This document shows positions 63,587-64,000 of a stretch of DNA of 64,000 nt, one piece after another. How positions within the stretch are numbered: position 1 is the stretch's first letter; each line of letters starts with the position of its first letter. A model generated the notes under the pieces. The model worked only from the letters and a program-made list of their open reading frames with translations. It made no database searches and had not been told where the DNA came from. The DNA is from Octopus sinensis (taxonomy: Eukaryota), in NCBI RefSeq assembly GCF_006345805.1, contig NC_042999.1:95790001-95854000 (forward strand), in the 5' to 3' direction. The position numbers and the translations under genes are program-made.

Positions 63587-63676
63587 ATCTCCTACACATG
63601 TTTCGATTGATGCATCCAAAATACGTCCAACAGGATGATTATTGATCAACTATGTATTAATCTCTTCAGGGAGGAT
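63587..63676 (-). ncRNA. Type I minimal hammerhead ribozyme (Penelope pLTR/retrozyme type)
   Basis: Core CUGAAGA (63669-63663) and GAAA (63604-63601). Stem II is GAUUAAUACAU/AUGCAUCAAUC (11 bp, 2 A.C mismatches). Stem III is the self-complementary ACAUGUGU. The GUA cleavage triplet ends at 63593. Stem I is CUCC/GGAG. Confidence 0.7.
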
Positions 63677-63837
63677 ATAAATAACAGTACTCATCAAATA
63701 GACATTTTAACAGATATATGAAGTCCCAGAAAATGTGACGTGTATATATATATATATATATATAGGCATATGCAAACACATACACACATATGGATATAAA
63801 CATACACACATACATACATGCATACTCAAACCCTTAT

Positions 63838-63868
<31 letters not shown>

Positions 63869-64000
63869 CACACACATACATAAGAAAGGTTTTCCTGAAA
63901 CAACTCATCAATAAGACTAACTCCTTCACTAACTGCATTAGATGGCAAGCCTTCTTTTATAATAAGGATATCAAGAAATCTTCCAATGACCACAACTCCG

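Overview
AT-rich eukaryotic genomic DNA, mostly intronic, full of (TA)n/(CA)n/(CAT)n microsatellites and transposon fossils. The repeat families (RTE-type 3' ends ending GACGTTAAA(CGA)TGATGAT, tRNA-derived SINEs) look like those of Octopus or another coleoid cephalopod; this is my recognition, not a database result. The one well-supported host coding exon is on the + strand at 30725-31985: 1261 nt, Ser/Pro-rich and disordered, with textbook splice sites. I cannot name the gene. A short ATG exon at 26164-26187 (MSSLCCFQ) joins it in frame. Three further candidate ATG exons with phase-0 donors lie downstream. Recognisable mobile DNA includes a decayed but full-length Ty3/Gypsy element with both LTR remnants, an unbroken 327-codon CR1-type RT ORF, many RTE pieces with VNTR-bearing 3' UTRs, R4/Dong-like, Hero-like, L1/Tx1-like and Rex1-like LINE pieces, a Penelope-like element, DD37D and DD34D Tc1/mariner copies and hAT MITEs. 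The most striking unannotated items are a complete type I minimal hammerhead ribozyme on the - strand (about 63587-63676), a TTAGGG-centred foldback, a 520-bp tandem duplication with a chimeric junction, and several inverted repeats able to form long dsRNA. All alignments and translations were done by eye, and element boundaries are approximate unless a TSD or splice site is cited.
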